The translations under genes and the position numbers were made by a program. A model generated the notes under the pieces. The model ran no database searches. It was not told where the DNA came from and worked only from the letters and a program-made list of their open reading frames with translations. Below, in pieces: positions 20,498 to 32,352 of a stretch of DNA of 64,000 nucleotides (position 1 is the stretch's first letter; each line of letters opens with the position of its first letter). This stretch comes from Acidimicrobiales bacterium (lineage in GTDB: Bacteria > Actinomycetota > Acidimicrobiia > Acidimicrobiales > Aldehydirespiratoraceae): assembly GCA_029263235.1 (NCBI GenBank), contig JAJCXW010000200.1, positions 11,978-75,977 on the forward strand, in the 5' to 3' direction.

Positions 20498-20890
20498 ATG
20501 CAACCGCTGCCCGGGATGAGCATCGTCGGAGAGTACCCGAGTCGTCTCGGTGCCGATCTGGCCTCCGCGCTTCTGCTCGAGGCTGGTTTCGAATCGACTG
20601 TGCTCGGCGACCCGGCCTACAGCGTCGCTCCTCATCACGTGGTGGAGCGCAGCTTCAGGATCGCGGTGCGCGACGAAGTGGCCGACATCGCCGTGACGCT
20701 GCTCACCGACGACCGGGCCGTCGACGATGAAGCCGAGCTCCTCGACTCGATTCTTCACATGCACCGCTTCGCCGATCGCCCGAAATGGGTTCGATGGTCG
20801 ACGGTGATAGTTCTCGTGTCGTTCGCCGGTCCGATCCTGGCGTTGGCGAGCCTGCTGCTGCTTGACACGGCCAACGGCCTCTTCCCCTGA
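20498..20890 (+). CDS. DUF2007-like small protein with a C-terminal TM helix
   Basis: SRLGADLASALLLEAGFESTVLGD resembles the DUF2007 fold signature. TM is VIVLVSFAGPILALASLLLL. ATG at 20498. Confidence 0.45.
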   Translation: MQPLPGMSIVGEYPSRLGADLASALLLEAGFESTVLGDPAYSVAPHHVVERSFRIAVRDEVADIAVTLLTDDRAVDDEAELLDSILHMHRFADRPKWVRWSTVIVLVSFAGPILALASLLLLDTANGLFP

Positions 20891-20902
20891 TCCCGACCCG
20901 AC

Positions 20903-21304
20903 TCAAGCCCCTCGAACTGACATACCCAGAGCGCGGGCCGTGTGGGCCTGACGAAGATCGAAGGTGAGGATGGCGGTGCCGGCACCGGCTCTCTGCGCGG
21001 CCGCCAGATGGATCGAGTCGAGTGATCGACACAGGGTCTGCTCGGCGATGATGGCGGCCTCACCGCAGGTGACCGCATCGAGTGCCACCAACGCGAAGGC
21101 ATCGAGGTCGGTGGCGAAGCGGCGGCGGGCATCGGCGAGTGACGACCCCTCGAGGAGCCGTGCCAAGTTTCGGCGAACCTCGATTTCGGTGATCCGGGAG
21201 GTGATCAGCACCGGATCCGAAGCCATCAGTTCGACGGATAGAGGCGAGTCGTGTTCGTCGACGTAGCGCTTGAGTAGAGCGCTCGTGTCGACGTAGAGAG
21301 TCAT
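20903..21304 (-). CDS. vapC: PIN-domain ribonuclease toxin VapC
   Basis: MTLYVDTSALL (Asp6), TEIEV, SLDSIHLA, TFD acidic quartet. 4-nt overlap with the antitoxin gene. Confidence 0.85.
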   Translation of the reverse strand: MTLYVDTSALLKRYVDEHDSPLSVELMASDPVLITSRITEIEVRRNLARLLEGSSLADARRRFATDLDAFALVALDAVTCGEAAIIAEQTLCRSLDSIHLAAAQRAGAGTAILTFDLRQAHTARALGMSVRGA

Positions 21305-21555
21305 CCACGGTCCTCGTCGAGAACATCGAGAACCGACCGGCTGGAGCGATGCCGCGACACGTCCTCGAGATGGGTACGACGGGCCGGCTCAATCCATCCC
21401 TCTTCGACGCCGCGTTCGACAGCGGAGGTCTCCGGTAGCGCGACGATGCGCGCAATCGGAGTGCCTCTGTCGGTGACGATCACCTGTTGACCACTGGCCG
21501 CCAGACCGAGGTACTCCGATAGTTTCGCCTTCAGTTCCCGAACTCCGACATCCAT
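21301..21555 (-). CDS. vapB: Phd/YefM-type antitoxin (VapB)
   Basis: VRELKAKLSEYLGLAASGQQVIVTDRGTPIARIV is the classic Phd/YefM N-terminus. Confidence 0.8.
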   Translation of the reverse strand: MDVGVRELKAKLSEYLGLAASGQQVIVTDRGTPIARIVALPETSAVERGVEEGWIEPARRTHLEDVSRHRSSRSVLDVLDEDRG

Positions 21556-21587
21556 GTAGTCACATTATCATTCCAATGTGACTACAT
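21554..21587. promoter_or_regulatory. Perfect 13-bp inverted repeat (ATGTAGTCACATT n8 AATGTGACTACAT), probable vapBC operator
   Basis: Read directly. The left arm overlaps the vapB start codon. The local sequence is AT-rich in a GC-rich genome. No U-tract follows on the minus strand. Confidence 0.6.
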
Positions 21588-21621
21588 CAATCGGCAGCCG
21601 AGCGATACCCGCCAATAGCGC

Positions 21622-22662
<1,041 letters not shown>

Positions 22663-22722
22663 CCTTTTCTTGAGACTCTTCTTGGATTTGTGAGACTTGT
22701 TCGGTGTTGATCTTGGTCCGGT

Positions 22723-23220
22723 TCAGGATTTCTCTTCGAGGCTCGGCAGAGCCACCCGTCCGGTTCGCTGGAGTTCGACTATGCCGTAAGGACGAAGAAG
22801 TTCCTCGAATTCGTCGAGACGGGCCGGGCGGGCAGCCAGCGAGAGCATCATCTCGCGTTGGTTCTCGTTGAGGACGTACGCCCGGAATTCATCAACCAGT
22901 TCGAGAACCGTGCTCCGGTGGCCCTCCTCCACCTCGACGGTCACGAGCATCAGCTCGCGATCGACCGACGACTGCGGATCGAGCTCACGAATGTTGACGA
23001 CATTGATGAGCTTGTCGAGCTGCTTCACGACCTGTTCGAGCGGAGCTGACTCCACATCCACGGTGAACGTGATTCGGCTGAAGCTCTCGTCGTCGGTGGG
23101 AGCCACCGCGAGCGATTCGATGTTGAAGCCACGCCGGGAAAAGAGTCCCGCAACGCGTGCGAGCACGCCGGGCTTGTTCTCGACGGTGGTGACGATCGTG
23201 TGGAACCTGTTGTGAGGCAT
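22723..23220 (-). CDS. ilvN: Acetolactate synthase small (regulatory) subunit
   Basis: ACT domain HTIVTTVENKPGVLARVAGLFSRRGFNIESLAV. ATG at 23220. The 299-aa track ORF is an upstream extension into ilvB. Confidence 0.92.
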   Translation of the reverse strand: MPHNRFHTIVTTVENKPGVLARVAGLFSRRGFNIESLAVAPTDDESFSRITFTVDVESAPLEQVVKQLDKLINVVNIRELDPQSSVDRELMLVTVEVEEGHRSTVLELVDEFRAYVLNENQREMMLSLAARPARLDEFEELLRPYGIVELQRTGRVALPSLEEKS

Positions 23221-23222
23221 CT

Positions 23223-24986
23223 TCACTCCCCTCGCTGTGCCGGGTGAACGACGACATCGGAATTGGTACGGCCCGACGGGACCATCGGGAACACGTTCTC
23301 CCGGGGGTCGGTGCGGAACTCGACGACCACCGGACGGTCGTTGATCTCGTTGGCTTCGGCGATCGCCGGGGCGACCTCCTCGGGCGAATCGACTCTGATT
23401 GCAGCGCATCCCATTGCTTCGGACCATTTGACGTAGTTGGGCACGTCGGGGCCGAGCTCGACGCCGCTGAAACGTTCGTCGTAAAAGAGATCCTGCCACT
23501 GACGGACCATGCCGAGGTAGCCATTGTTGAGCAGAGCCACCTTGATCGGGATCTTCGACACCGAAGCGGTGACCAGCTCCTGGGCGGTCATCTGGAAACA
23601 TCCGTCGCCATCGATGGCCCACACACGACGGTCGGGCATTCCGACCTTCGCTCCGATCGCGGCCGGAATCGAGAATCCCATCGTTCCCAGACCACCCGAG
23701 TTGATCCAGGTATAGGGATGATCGAACTTCCAGTACTGGCTGGCGTACATCTGATGTTGGCCAACCCCCGACGCCACGATCGTGTCGGCCGGATTGGAGT
23801 CACGCAGCTGCTCGATGACGTATTGCGGTTTCAGGAGATCGCCGGGTTGCGACTGTTCGTAGAACATCGGGAATCGCTCCTGCCAGCCCGACAGGGTGGA
23901 TCGCCAAGCGCCACGCTCGGCCTGAGATTCGACGCCCATCTCCTTCGTGCACTCGATGAGGGCCTCGATCACCAGCTTGGCGTCGCCGCGAACACCGACA
24001 TCAACCTTTCGGACCTTGCCGATCTCGGCCTCGTCGATGTCGACATGGACGATCTTGGCGTCGGGGGCGAACCCATCGAGTCGGCCGGTCACCCGATCAT
24101 CGAATCGGGCGCCGAGCGAAACCAGCAGGTCGGACTCTTGGAGAGCGCTGACAGCCGTGTAGTTACCGTGCATGCCGGGCATGCCCAAGCAGAGTTCGTG
24201 GCTGTCGGGGAAGGCGCCCCGGGCCATGAGTGTGGTGACGACTGGAATTCCGGTGAGCTCGGCGAACTCGAGCAGCACCTCGGCGGCTCGTGCCTTGAGA
24301 ATTCCTCCGCCCACGTAGAGCACCGGACGCACCGCGTCACGGATCAATTCGGTCGCCGCTCTCACCGCGTCAGGGTCGCCGGTGCCGGCTGGGCGGTAAC
24401 CGGGCAGCTCCATGTCGGAATCGCGGGCCTCGTACCACTGCATCGCCGAACGGGGGTTGTTCGCGTCGACGATGTCCTTCGGTATGTCGATCAGAACCGG
24501 GCCGGGGCGGCCCGTCGTGGCGATGTGGAACGCTTCGTGGACGATCCGCGGAATGTCGGCCGCTTCGGTGACCAAGAAGTTGTGCTTGGTGACGGCCATG
24601 GTTATGCCGGTGGTGTCGCACTCTTGGAAGGCGTCGGTTCCGATGGCGGCGTAGGGCACCTGACCGGTGATGCACACCATCGGCACCGAATCGATGTGGG
24701 CGTCGCAGAGGGGTGTGACGATGTTGGTGGCACCAGGCCCGCTGGTGACGAGGGCAACACCCGGACGCCCGGTGGCGTGGGCGTAGCCCTGAGCCATGTG
24801 CCCGGCCCCCTGCTCGTGGCGCACGAGAATGTGACGCATCGACGAGTCGAGGATCGGGTCGTAGATCGGGAGGGTGGCACCACCCGGGAGACCGAACACG
24901 ACATCGACACCCTCGCGTTCGAGCGCCCGTACGAGCGCCACGCCGCCATTGATGGTGTCGCCTGGTGCGGGGGTGTCTGTGGTCAT
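23223..24986 (-). CDS. ilvB: Acetolactate synthase large subunit
   Basis: GLPGGATLPIYD, ThDP motif GLGTMGFSIPAAIGAK...IDGDGCFQM...NNGYLGMVRQWQ. ATG at 24986. Confidence 0.95.
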   Translation of the reverse strand: MTTDTPAPGDTINGGVALVRALEREGVDVVFGLPGGATLPIYDPILDSSMRHILVRHEQGAGHMAQGYAHATGRPGVALVTSGPGATNIVTPLCDAHIDSVPMVCITGQVPYAAIGTDAFQECDTTGITMAVTKHNFLVTEAADIPRIVHEAFHIATTGRPGPVLIDIPKDIVDANNPRSAMQWYEARDSDMELPGYRPAGTGDPDAVRAATELIRDAVRPVLYVGGGILKARAAEVLLEFAELTGIPVVTTLMARGAFPDSHELCLGMPGMHGNYTAVSALQESDLLVSLGARFDDRVTGRLDGFAPDAKIVHVDIDEAEIGKVRKVDVGVRGDAKLVIEALIECTKEMGVESQAERGAWRSTLSGWQERFPMFYEQSQPGDLLKPQYVIEQLRDSNPADTIVASGVGQHQMYASQYWKFDHPYTWINSGGLGTMGFSIPAAIGAKVGMPDRRVWAIDGDGCFQMTAQELVTASVSKIPIKVALLNNGYLGMVRQWQDLFYDERFSGVELGPDVPNYVKWSEAMGCAAIRVDSPEEVAPAIAEANEINDRPVVVEFRTDPRENVFPMVPSGRTNSDVVVHPAQRGE

Positions 24987-25050
24987 GCTTTGCTCCGGAT
25001 CGGGGCTTGGACGGACAGTGTTGTCGAGATTCGGGTTTGGGATTCGTTGG

Positions 25051-25086
25051 GCCGAAAACACGAAACGACCTCCCACTGGGAGGTCG
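25051..25086 (-). terminator. Intrinsic terminator/attenuator hairpin in the ilvB leader
   Basis: On the minus strand: CGACCTCCC-agt-GGGAGGTCG (9-bp perfect stem, 25066-25086) followed by TTTCGTGTTTTCGG. Located ~65-100 nt upstream of the ilvB ATG. Confidence 0.7.
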
Positions 25087-25119
25087 TGGCGCACAGTCGG
25101 CTCGGAACGCGAGCGTGCG

Positions 25120-25164
25120 CTAGCTGGTACCTACTACAAGTCGGATCACGGCGACGCTGCTCAC
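25120..25164 (-). CDS. ilvB leader peptide (branched-chain amino acid attenuation)
   Basis: Hand-read ORF GTG AGC AGC GTC GCC GTG ATC CGA CTT GTA GTA GGT ACC AGC TAG gives (M)SSVAVIRLVVGTS*. The Val/Ile/Leu run uses the rare codons CTT and GTA. Start is uncertain (an in-frame TTG lies 9 nt upstream, and an internal GTG would give MIRLVVGTS). Confidence 0.55.
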   Translation of the reverse strand: MSSVAVIRLVVGTS

Positions 25165-25220
25165 GGTCGACAAGTATGACGGGTCATCGTCGCTGTGGCA
25201 ACGCGGCTCGCCCGTCTCTC

Positions 25221-27203
25221 TCAGGGTTCATCGGGTTGGAGGAGCCAGCCCTCGACCAGCGGAGCGATCACTTCGATGGCCAGAGGCTCCGACGCGTCGA
25301 GATCGACATGGAGTCCGTCCGATCTCGGATACGTCCCATCGGACCCTGATTCGTCGAGCACTCGACCCAGATCAAACAGCGCGACATCAGACTCGGCGGC
25401 CGCTAGTTCGGTGACGAAAGAGTTGTAGACGGCCAGTCGCACCGGGTCGGCCATCGATCCGAATAGACCATGACGCTCCGGATCGAGAATCTGTGGTGCG
25501 GTGGTGAGAACCAGCACCGCACCCAGCGAGCGAGCCTCGTCGATTCGGGCGTCGTAGACCTGACGCAGACTCTCCATCAGGTCGGGGTCGAGAACCGAAG
25601 CCCAAGTGCCATCGGGTCGTTGGTGGTCGGCCAACACCGATCCGTGGTCGATCATCAGCACGAGATCGGGAACTGCCACCAACTGGTGGACGCCTATCCG
25701 GCAGGGACTTTCGAAACTGAACTCCCCGAGGTAGCCGTAGGTGACCTTGTAGGTCCTCCACTCGGTGAGCGGGTCGATCAGAGCCGAGCAACCCTCGACC
25801 GAACCGTCGATCACCGCCATTGTCTGGCTGGTGTCGCCATATGTCCGCAGCCCGGCCGCTATCTGTGTGGCCGTCGAGTCGCCGATCACGGCCACCGTCG
25901 GTACCTCGGGAATGGTGCTCTCCGGAACGGTGGTGACGACGACCGCTGATGCCGATACTGGTCCCGTGGCCGATGTGGCTGAAGTGGTCGATGGGGCCGC
26001 GGCGTCTGAATCGGACGTGGCGATCCACGCCGGCAGAGAAGCGGCCTGAGCCGAGTCGGCGAGACCGAGGGGCCGGTCGAGAACCAGACCCAGTCCGCCG
26101 GCGACCAGTGCCAGAACAAGTGCTGCGGCTCCCAGAGAAGCCAACGGCCGCGAGATCCGGCGTTGGCGCCGAATCGGATCCTCGACGAGGCGGTAGGAGA
26201 TCTCGGCCAGACCCAGAGTCAGAGCGAGGATGACCACCGGATGGAGATCGGTCAGCACGATCAGGGGCCAGTGAAACAGGTAGATGGCATACGAACGCAG
26301 ACCCAGCCACCTCCACAGACCGTTCGACATCAAGCGGGAGTACCTGTCGTCACGCAGACAGGCCACGATCAGCACGACCCATGCGACCGAGATCGCCGCC
26401 GGGAGCCCGCGAAAGACGATCGATGACGACTCCCCCACTGTGAACACGGCGTAGACGCTCACCGCCGCGGCGATCGGCCACAGCCGTGCCGCTTTGACCA
26501 CGCCGGGGCGGCGTCGCACGGCCAGCGCCAAGGCTGCTCCGGCCACGATCTCGGCGGCTCTCACCGGGCTGGCGAAATATGAGTCGGCCGAATCCCACCA
26601 CACGATCTGACCGAGCGCTGCGATCAGCGCTCCTCCGGCCACCACCGCAACCGGACGCCTCGTCCACGCGATCAGCAGCGGAATGGTGAGATAGAACTGC
26701 TCCTCGATCGCCAGCGACCACATGTGGGCAAGGGGCTTCACCGATTGATCGAAGATGGCGCCGTATCCGTCGGAGCTGGCCATCTCACGCCAGTTGGCGC
26801 TGTTGAGAACGGCCCAGAATCCGTCGAGCGCCACCCTTCGAGCCGAGTCGTGCTCGACGACCAGCACTGCGGCCACGACCACCCCGATGGTGATCAGTCC
26901 GGCGGGCAGGAGTCGCCTGACCCGTCGACGGTAGAACCGGAGGAGGTCCACCGAACCGTCCGAGAGTTCATCGTCGAGCAGTCCCACGACGAGGAACCCC
27001 GAAAGGGAGAAGAAGAGGCTGACCCCCAGCCATCCGCCTGTCATGGTGTCGGGCCACAGGTGGTAGATCACGACCGCCACCACCGCGAATCCCCGTAGCC
27101 CGTCGAGCGCGGGAATGTGAATCCCCGGACCCACGAGGCGAGAGTCCTCGTCGGCCGGACCGTCGGGAGACGGCTCTACGGAATCAATTGACGTGTCGAG
27201 CAT
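25221..27203 (-). CDS. Acyltransferase-3 (OafA/OatA-like) membrane O-acyltransferase with a C-terminal SGNH domain
   Basis: LDGLRGFAVVAVVIYH start of the AT3 domain and about 10 TM helices. C-terminal SGNH blocks VAVIGDSTA (GDS) and SDGLHVD (DxxH). Confidence 0.85.
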   Translation of the reverse strand: MLDTSIDSVEPSPDGPADEDSRLVGPGIHIPALDGLRGFAVVAVVIYHLWPDTMTGGWLGVSLFFSLSGFLVVGLLDDELSDGSVDLLRFYRRRVRRLLPAGLITIGVVVAAVLVVEHDSARRVALDGFWAVLNSANWREMASSDGYGAIFDQSVKPLAHMWSLAIEEQFYLTIPLLIAWTRRPVAVVAGGALIAALGQIVWWDSADSYFASPVRAAEIVAGAALALAVRRRPGVVKAARLWPIAAAVSVYAVFTVGESSSIVFRGLPAAISVAWVVLIVACLRDDRYSRLMSNGLWRWLGLRSYAIYLFHWPLIVLTDLHPVVILALTLGLAEISYRLVEDPIRRQRRISRPLASLGAAALVLALVAGGLGLVLDRPLGLADSAQAASLPAWIATSDSDAAAPSTTSATSATGPVSASAVVVTTVPESTIPEVPTVAVIGDSTATQIAAGLRTYGDTSQTMAVIDGSVEGCSALIDPLTEWRTYKVTYGYLGEFSFESPCRIGVHQLVAVPDLVLMIDHGSVLADHQRPDGTWASVLDPDLMESLRQVYDARIDEARSLGAVLVLTTAPQILDPERHGLFGSMADPVRLAVYNSFVTELAAAESDVALFDLGRVLDESGSDGTYPRSDGLHVDLDASEPLAIEVIAPLVEGWLLQPDEP

Positions 27204-27288
27204 GGCGATCTTGGAGGTAGGGCAGAACCGAGAGTACCGGCCTGCTCTCGACCATCCCCTTCGGAGATGGTCTGTCTACGCTGCGGCG

Positions 27289-28641
27289 ATGAAACCAACA
27301 GGGGGGCGCCGAATCCGGGGGTGGGGTGCCGACGACCGGGAGATTCTGAGGCTGGCTCTCCCCTCGCTCGGCGCTCTGATTGCCGAACCCCTCTACGTTC
27401 TGGCCGACACCGCTGTCGTGGGGCGACTCGGAACCGAACAGCTGGGAGGGCTCGCCATTGCCTCGTCGTTGCTCCTGATCGGCCACGCCGTGTTCATCTT
27501 CCTGGCCTACGGCACCACCTCAGCGGTGGCCCGGCTACTCGGGGCAGGAGAGGGACGACGGGCCGCTCATCAGGCTGTACAGAGCGTTTGGCTCGCCTTG
27601 TCGATCGGAGCGGTGTTCTCACTCGTGATCCTCGCGTTGTCGGGGCCGCTCGTCGGGCTGATGGGTGCCGGAGGAGCCATTCGTACCAACGCTCTCATCT
27701 ACCTTCGCTTCAGTCTTCTGGGGGTGCCGGCAATGCTGGTGAGCCTGGCCGGAGTCGGCTACCTGAGAGGCCTTCAGGACACCCGCAGACCGCTGCAAGT
27801 GGCAGTTGGGACGGCCCTGTTCAATCTGGTGGCCGAGATCATTCTCATTCACGGGTTCGGGTTCGGGATCGGAGCATCGGCGCTCACCACGGTGGCCGCT
27901 CAGGTCATCTCCGCCGTCATCTACATCGGCTGGATACGCAAGGCCGTGGGCGAGCACCGGGTCGGCCTCCGGCCGGAACGATCGGCGATGTTCCGGCTCG
28001 CCGGAGATGGCGTCGACCTCTTCATCCGTACCGCCGCGCTACGAGGCGGCCTGACCGTGACCCTCGCCGTCGCGTCGCGGATCGGGCCCGACGACTTGGC
28101 GGCCCACGAGATCGCGTTCGAGATATGGATGGTGATGGTGTTGGCTCTCGACGCGGTGGCCATCGCCGCTCAGGCCCTCGTGGGTCGGGCTCTCGGAGCC
28201 GGAGATGCCGACGGGGCGAGAGCGATCGGCCGACGGGCCATCACGTGGGGGGCGGTCGCCGGTGTGGCGTTGGGCGGTACGGCGCTCGTCTTCTCGCCGC
28301 TCCTGCCGTCGATCTTCAGCAACGACCCTGCGGTCACCGGGCTGGCGTCGTTCCTGTTGATCCACGTGGCGTTGTCGCAACCGATCGGTGGCGTCGTGTT
28401 CGCGCTCGACGGGGTCCTGATCGGAGCAGGCGATCTTCGCTATCTGGCCTTCGCCATGGTGGCGGCCACAGTTGGTCTGACCGGCTTCGGTCTGCTGGTG
28501 CTCGTCACCGACGCCGGTATCGGCTGGTTGTGGGCCGGTCTCGAGATCTGGCTGGTGCTCCGGATGGTCACGCTGCTCATTCGCTTTCGAGGAACCGGTT
28601 GGCAGGTTCTCGGGTCCAGTCGCCAAGGCGAAGGCCAATAG
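27289..28641 (+). CDS. MATE-family efflux transporter (DinF-like)
   Basis: ILRLALPSLGALIAEPLYVLADTAVVGRLG and 12 predicted TM helices. ATG at 27289. Confidence 0.85.
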   Translation: MKPTGGRRIRGWGADDREILRLALPSLGALIAEPLYVLADTAVVGRLGTEQLGGLAIASSLLLIGHAVFIFLAYGTTSAVARLLGAGEGRRAAHQAVQSVWLALSIGAVFSLVILALSGPLVGLMGAGGAIRTNALIYLRFSLLGVPAMLVSLAGVGYLRGLQDTRRPLQVAVGTALFNLVAEIILIHGFGFGIGASALTTVAAQVISAVIYIGWIRKAVGEHRVGLRPERSAMFRLAGDGVDLFIRTAALRGGLTVTLAVASRIGPDDLAAHEIAFEIWMVMVLALDAVAIAAQALVGRALGAGDADGARAIGRRAITWGAVAGVALGGTALVFSPLLPSIFSNDPAVTGLASFLLIHVALSQPIGGVVFALDGVLIGAGDLRYLAFAMVAATVGLTGFGLLVLVTDAGIGWLWAGLEIWLVLRMVTLLIRFRGTGWQVLGSSRQGEGQ

Positions 28642-28670
28642 GGCGGCAACCGGTGGGGCGTCGGTCTGGT

Positions 28671-30124
28671 TCAGCCTGCCGAACGCTGGGCCAAGAGTTC
28701 GGCCACGGCCCGACCGTCGGCCTGCCCCCTGGTGGAACGCATGATCTCACCGGTGAAGAAACCCTGCATCTTCTTGCGGTCGCCATCGTCTCCACCGACG
28801 AAACGAGTCCACTCATCAGGATGTTCGGCAATCAGCTGATCGACGATCCCGGCGAGATCATCGGTGGGCATGGCCTCGAATCCGCGGCTCTCGGCGATCG
28901 GCCCGGGCTCTCCGCCGGTGTCGACCATTTCGGAGAGCACCTGCTTGACCTGCGTCGCGGTGAGTTCGCCCGTCGTCTCCATCCGGATCAGGTCGGCGAG
29001 CGCACCGGCAGTGATCTTCGAGAAATCGTCGACGGCGAGGTCGTGCTGCAGACGGGTGACCACCTTTTCGGGATCGGCACCCTCACCGATGGCGGCTATC
29101 GCCAGTTCGTCCTGACCCCGATCGACGAGTGTGGCGATCACGTCGACAGAGACAGATGCCGCCGGAACAAGTTGCCTCAGGGCAGTGCGACGCGCCGAAG
29201 GACGGGCCGGCATGGCATCGTCGATAGTCGCTATCTCCGCGGCGCTCGGAACCAACCGAACCAGATCGGGTTCCTGGAAGTAGCGGTAGTCGTCGGCGTC
29301 TTCCTTCGACCGGCCCGGGGTCGAACGGCCGGCCGCCTCGTCCCAATGACGGGTCTCCTGGCGAGGACTCTCGCCGTTGGAGTAGAGGTCGATCTGGCGC
29401 AGGGCTTCATATTCGATGGCTCGTCCCATCGACCGAATCGAGTTGATGTTCTTGAGCTCACACCGGGTGCGAAGTTCCTCGCTACCCATCGGACGCACCG
29501 AGACGTTGGCATCGACCCTCATCGAGCCTTCCTCCATGCGGGCATCGGACACCGCGATCGCGAGAAGAATGTCGCGTAGTCCGCTCACGTAGGCCTTGGC
29601 GTGCTCGATCGTGTCGAGGCACGGATGACTCACGATCTCGACCAACGGCACTCCGGCCCGGTTGTAATCGACCAGGGAGTGAACGGCATCGTTGATCCGA
29701 CCGCCGCCACCAACGTGGGTCGACTTACCGGTGTCCTCCTCGATGTGGGCTCTCTCGACCCCGACTCTGAACCCGTCGGCCAGCATGAGCTCACCATCGA
29801 AGCTGGTGGGCTGGTCGTATTGGGTCGTCTGATAGTCCTTGGGCATGTCGGGGTAGAAGTAGTTCTTCCTGGCCATCACCGACGGACCGACCTCGCATTG
29901 CAGAGCCCGACCGAGCTGCATTGCGTACTTCACGGCCGTGCCGTTGATGACCGGCAGCGATCCCGGCAGACCGAGACAGACCGGACAGATGTTGGTGTTG
30001 GGTTCGCTGCCGAACTGATTCGCGCATCCGCAGAACAATTTGGTGGCGGTGGCCAACTCGACGTGGACTTCCAGACCAACCACCAGCTCCCAGCCTTCGG
30101 GCAATGTGGGTTCGATCAACCAGG

Positions 30125-30128
<4 letters not shown>
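28671..30128 (-). CDS. gatB: Asp/Glu-tRNA amidotransferase subunit B
   Basis: [19 protein letters not shown] and a full-length GatB with a YqeY-like tail. Confidence 0.95.
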
Positions 30129-31569
<1,441 letters not shown>

Positions 31570-31573
<4 letters not shown>

Positions 31574-31872
31574 GGTTCTTCTCCCAGAACCGGGGGCACT
31601 CGAAACATGTGATCCTCCGCGAACGGGGCCTGAGCCAGCACCTCGTCGCGGTCGATCGAAGGAGTGATCTCGTCGGCCCGAAACACGTTCACGAGAGGAA
31701 GCGGATGCGAGGTCGGGGGCACGTCGTCGACCTCGAGCGATTCGACGTCGGCAGCGTGCTCGAGCACTCGGGCCAACTGCTCGGTGAAGGCGTCGACCTC
31801 GTCGGGCGCCAACTCGAGACGAGCCAGCCTGGCGACGTGGATGACCTCGTCACGGGTGATGCGATCAGACAT
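31570..31872 (-). CDS. gatC: Asp/Glu-tRNA amidotransferase subunit C
   Basis: [21 protein letters not shown]..., 100 aa. The track ORF (179 aa) was trimmed to the ATG at 31872. Confidence 0.9.
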
Positions 31873-31914
31873 GGGGGCAAAGGATAGAGGCGGTCGCGGT
31901 CTACGCTGCGGGAC

Positions 31915-32343
31915 GTGTCCCCCCATCCCTTCCTCAGCTCCGACTGGATCACCGCGGTGAAGGCCATCCGCGACGAATACGGGGACGCTGTCGGGCCTCA
32001 GGCCATCGACCTCGCAGCCAACGTGGTCATCACCTCGACTCCGTTCGACGCCGATGTCAGAGGACACCTCGACGCCAGAGGGTCGACCATCATGCTCGAG
32101 GAAGGCCACCTCGACGATCCTGATTTCACCATCGAGATGCCCTACGACGTGGCCCGCCAGATATTCGTGGATCGAGATCCGCAGGCACTGATTCCGGTGC
32201 TTTTCGGCGGCAAGGTGAAACTCACCGGCGACTCCTCGAAGATTCTTCTTCTGGCCGGAGCGTTCGTTCCTCCGGAGCCGGGATCCGACGCCGCCGCAGT
32301 GCCCCGGGAAGTCCTCACGAGGATCGACACCGTCACCGAATGA
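31915..32343 (+). CDS. SCP2 sterol-carrier-like domain protein
   Basis: LFGGKVKLTGDSSKILLLAG is a typical SCP2 C-terminal block. GTG start. Confidence 0.65.
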   Translation: MSPHPFLSSDWITAVKAIRDEYGDAVGPQAIDLAANVVITSTPFDADVRGHLDARGSTIMLEEGHLDDPDFTIEMPYDVARQIFVDRDPQALIPVLFGGKVKLTGDSSKILLLAGAFVPPEPGSDAAAVPREVLTRIDTVTE

Positions 32344-32352
32344 CCGTTTGGC

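Noticed and set aside
21554-21587. The 13-bp inverted repeat as a rho-independent terminator of ilvC
   Set aside because: On the transcribed (minus) strand the stem is followed by GGATGTCGGAG, not a U-tract, and it overlaps the vapB start codon. A TA operator is the better explanation, although some termination cannot be excluded.
23244-25349. 701-aa ORF antisense to ilvB
   Set aside because: Same reasoning. ilvB on the minus strand has complete ThDP-enzyme motifs, and the antisense translation is low-complexity Arg/Gly/His/Val with nothing recognisable.
27267-29579. 770-aa ORF on the + strand spanning the MATE gene (other frame) and antisense to gatB
   Set aside because: The translation is extremely Arg/Gly/Pro-rich with no motifs. 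It overlaps two genes with unmistakable family signatures. Long spurious ORFs are expected in GC-rich DNA because stop codons are AT-rich.
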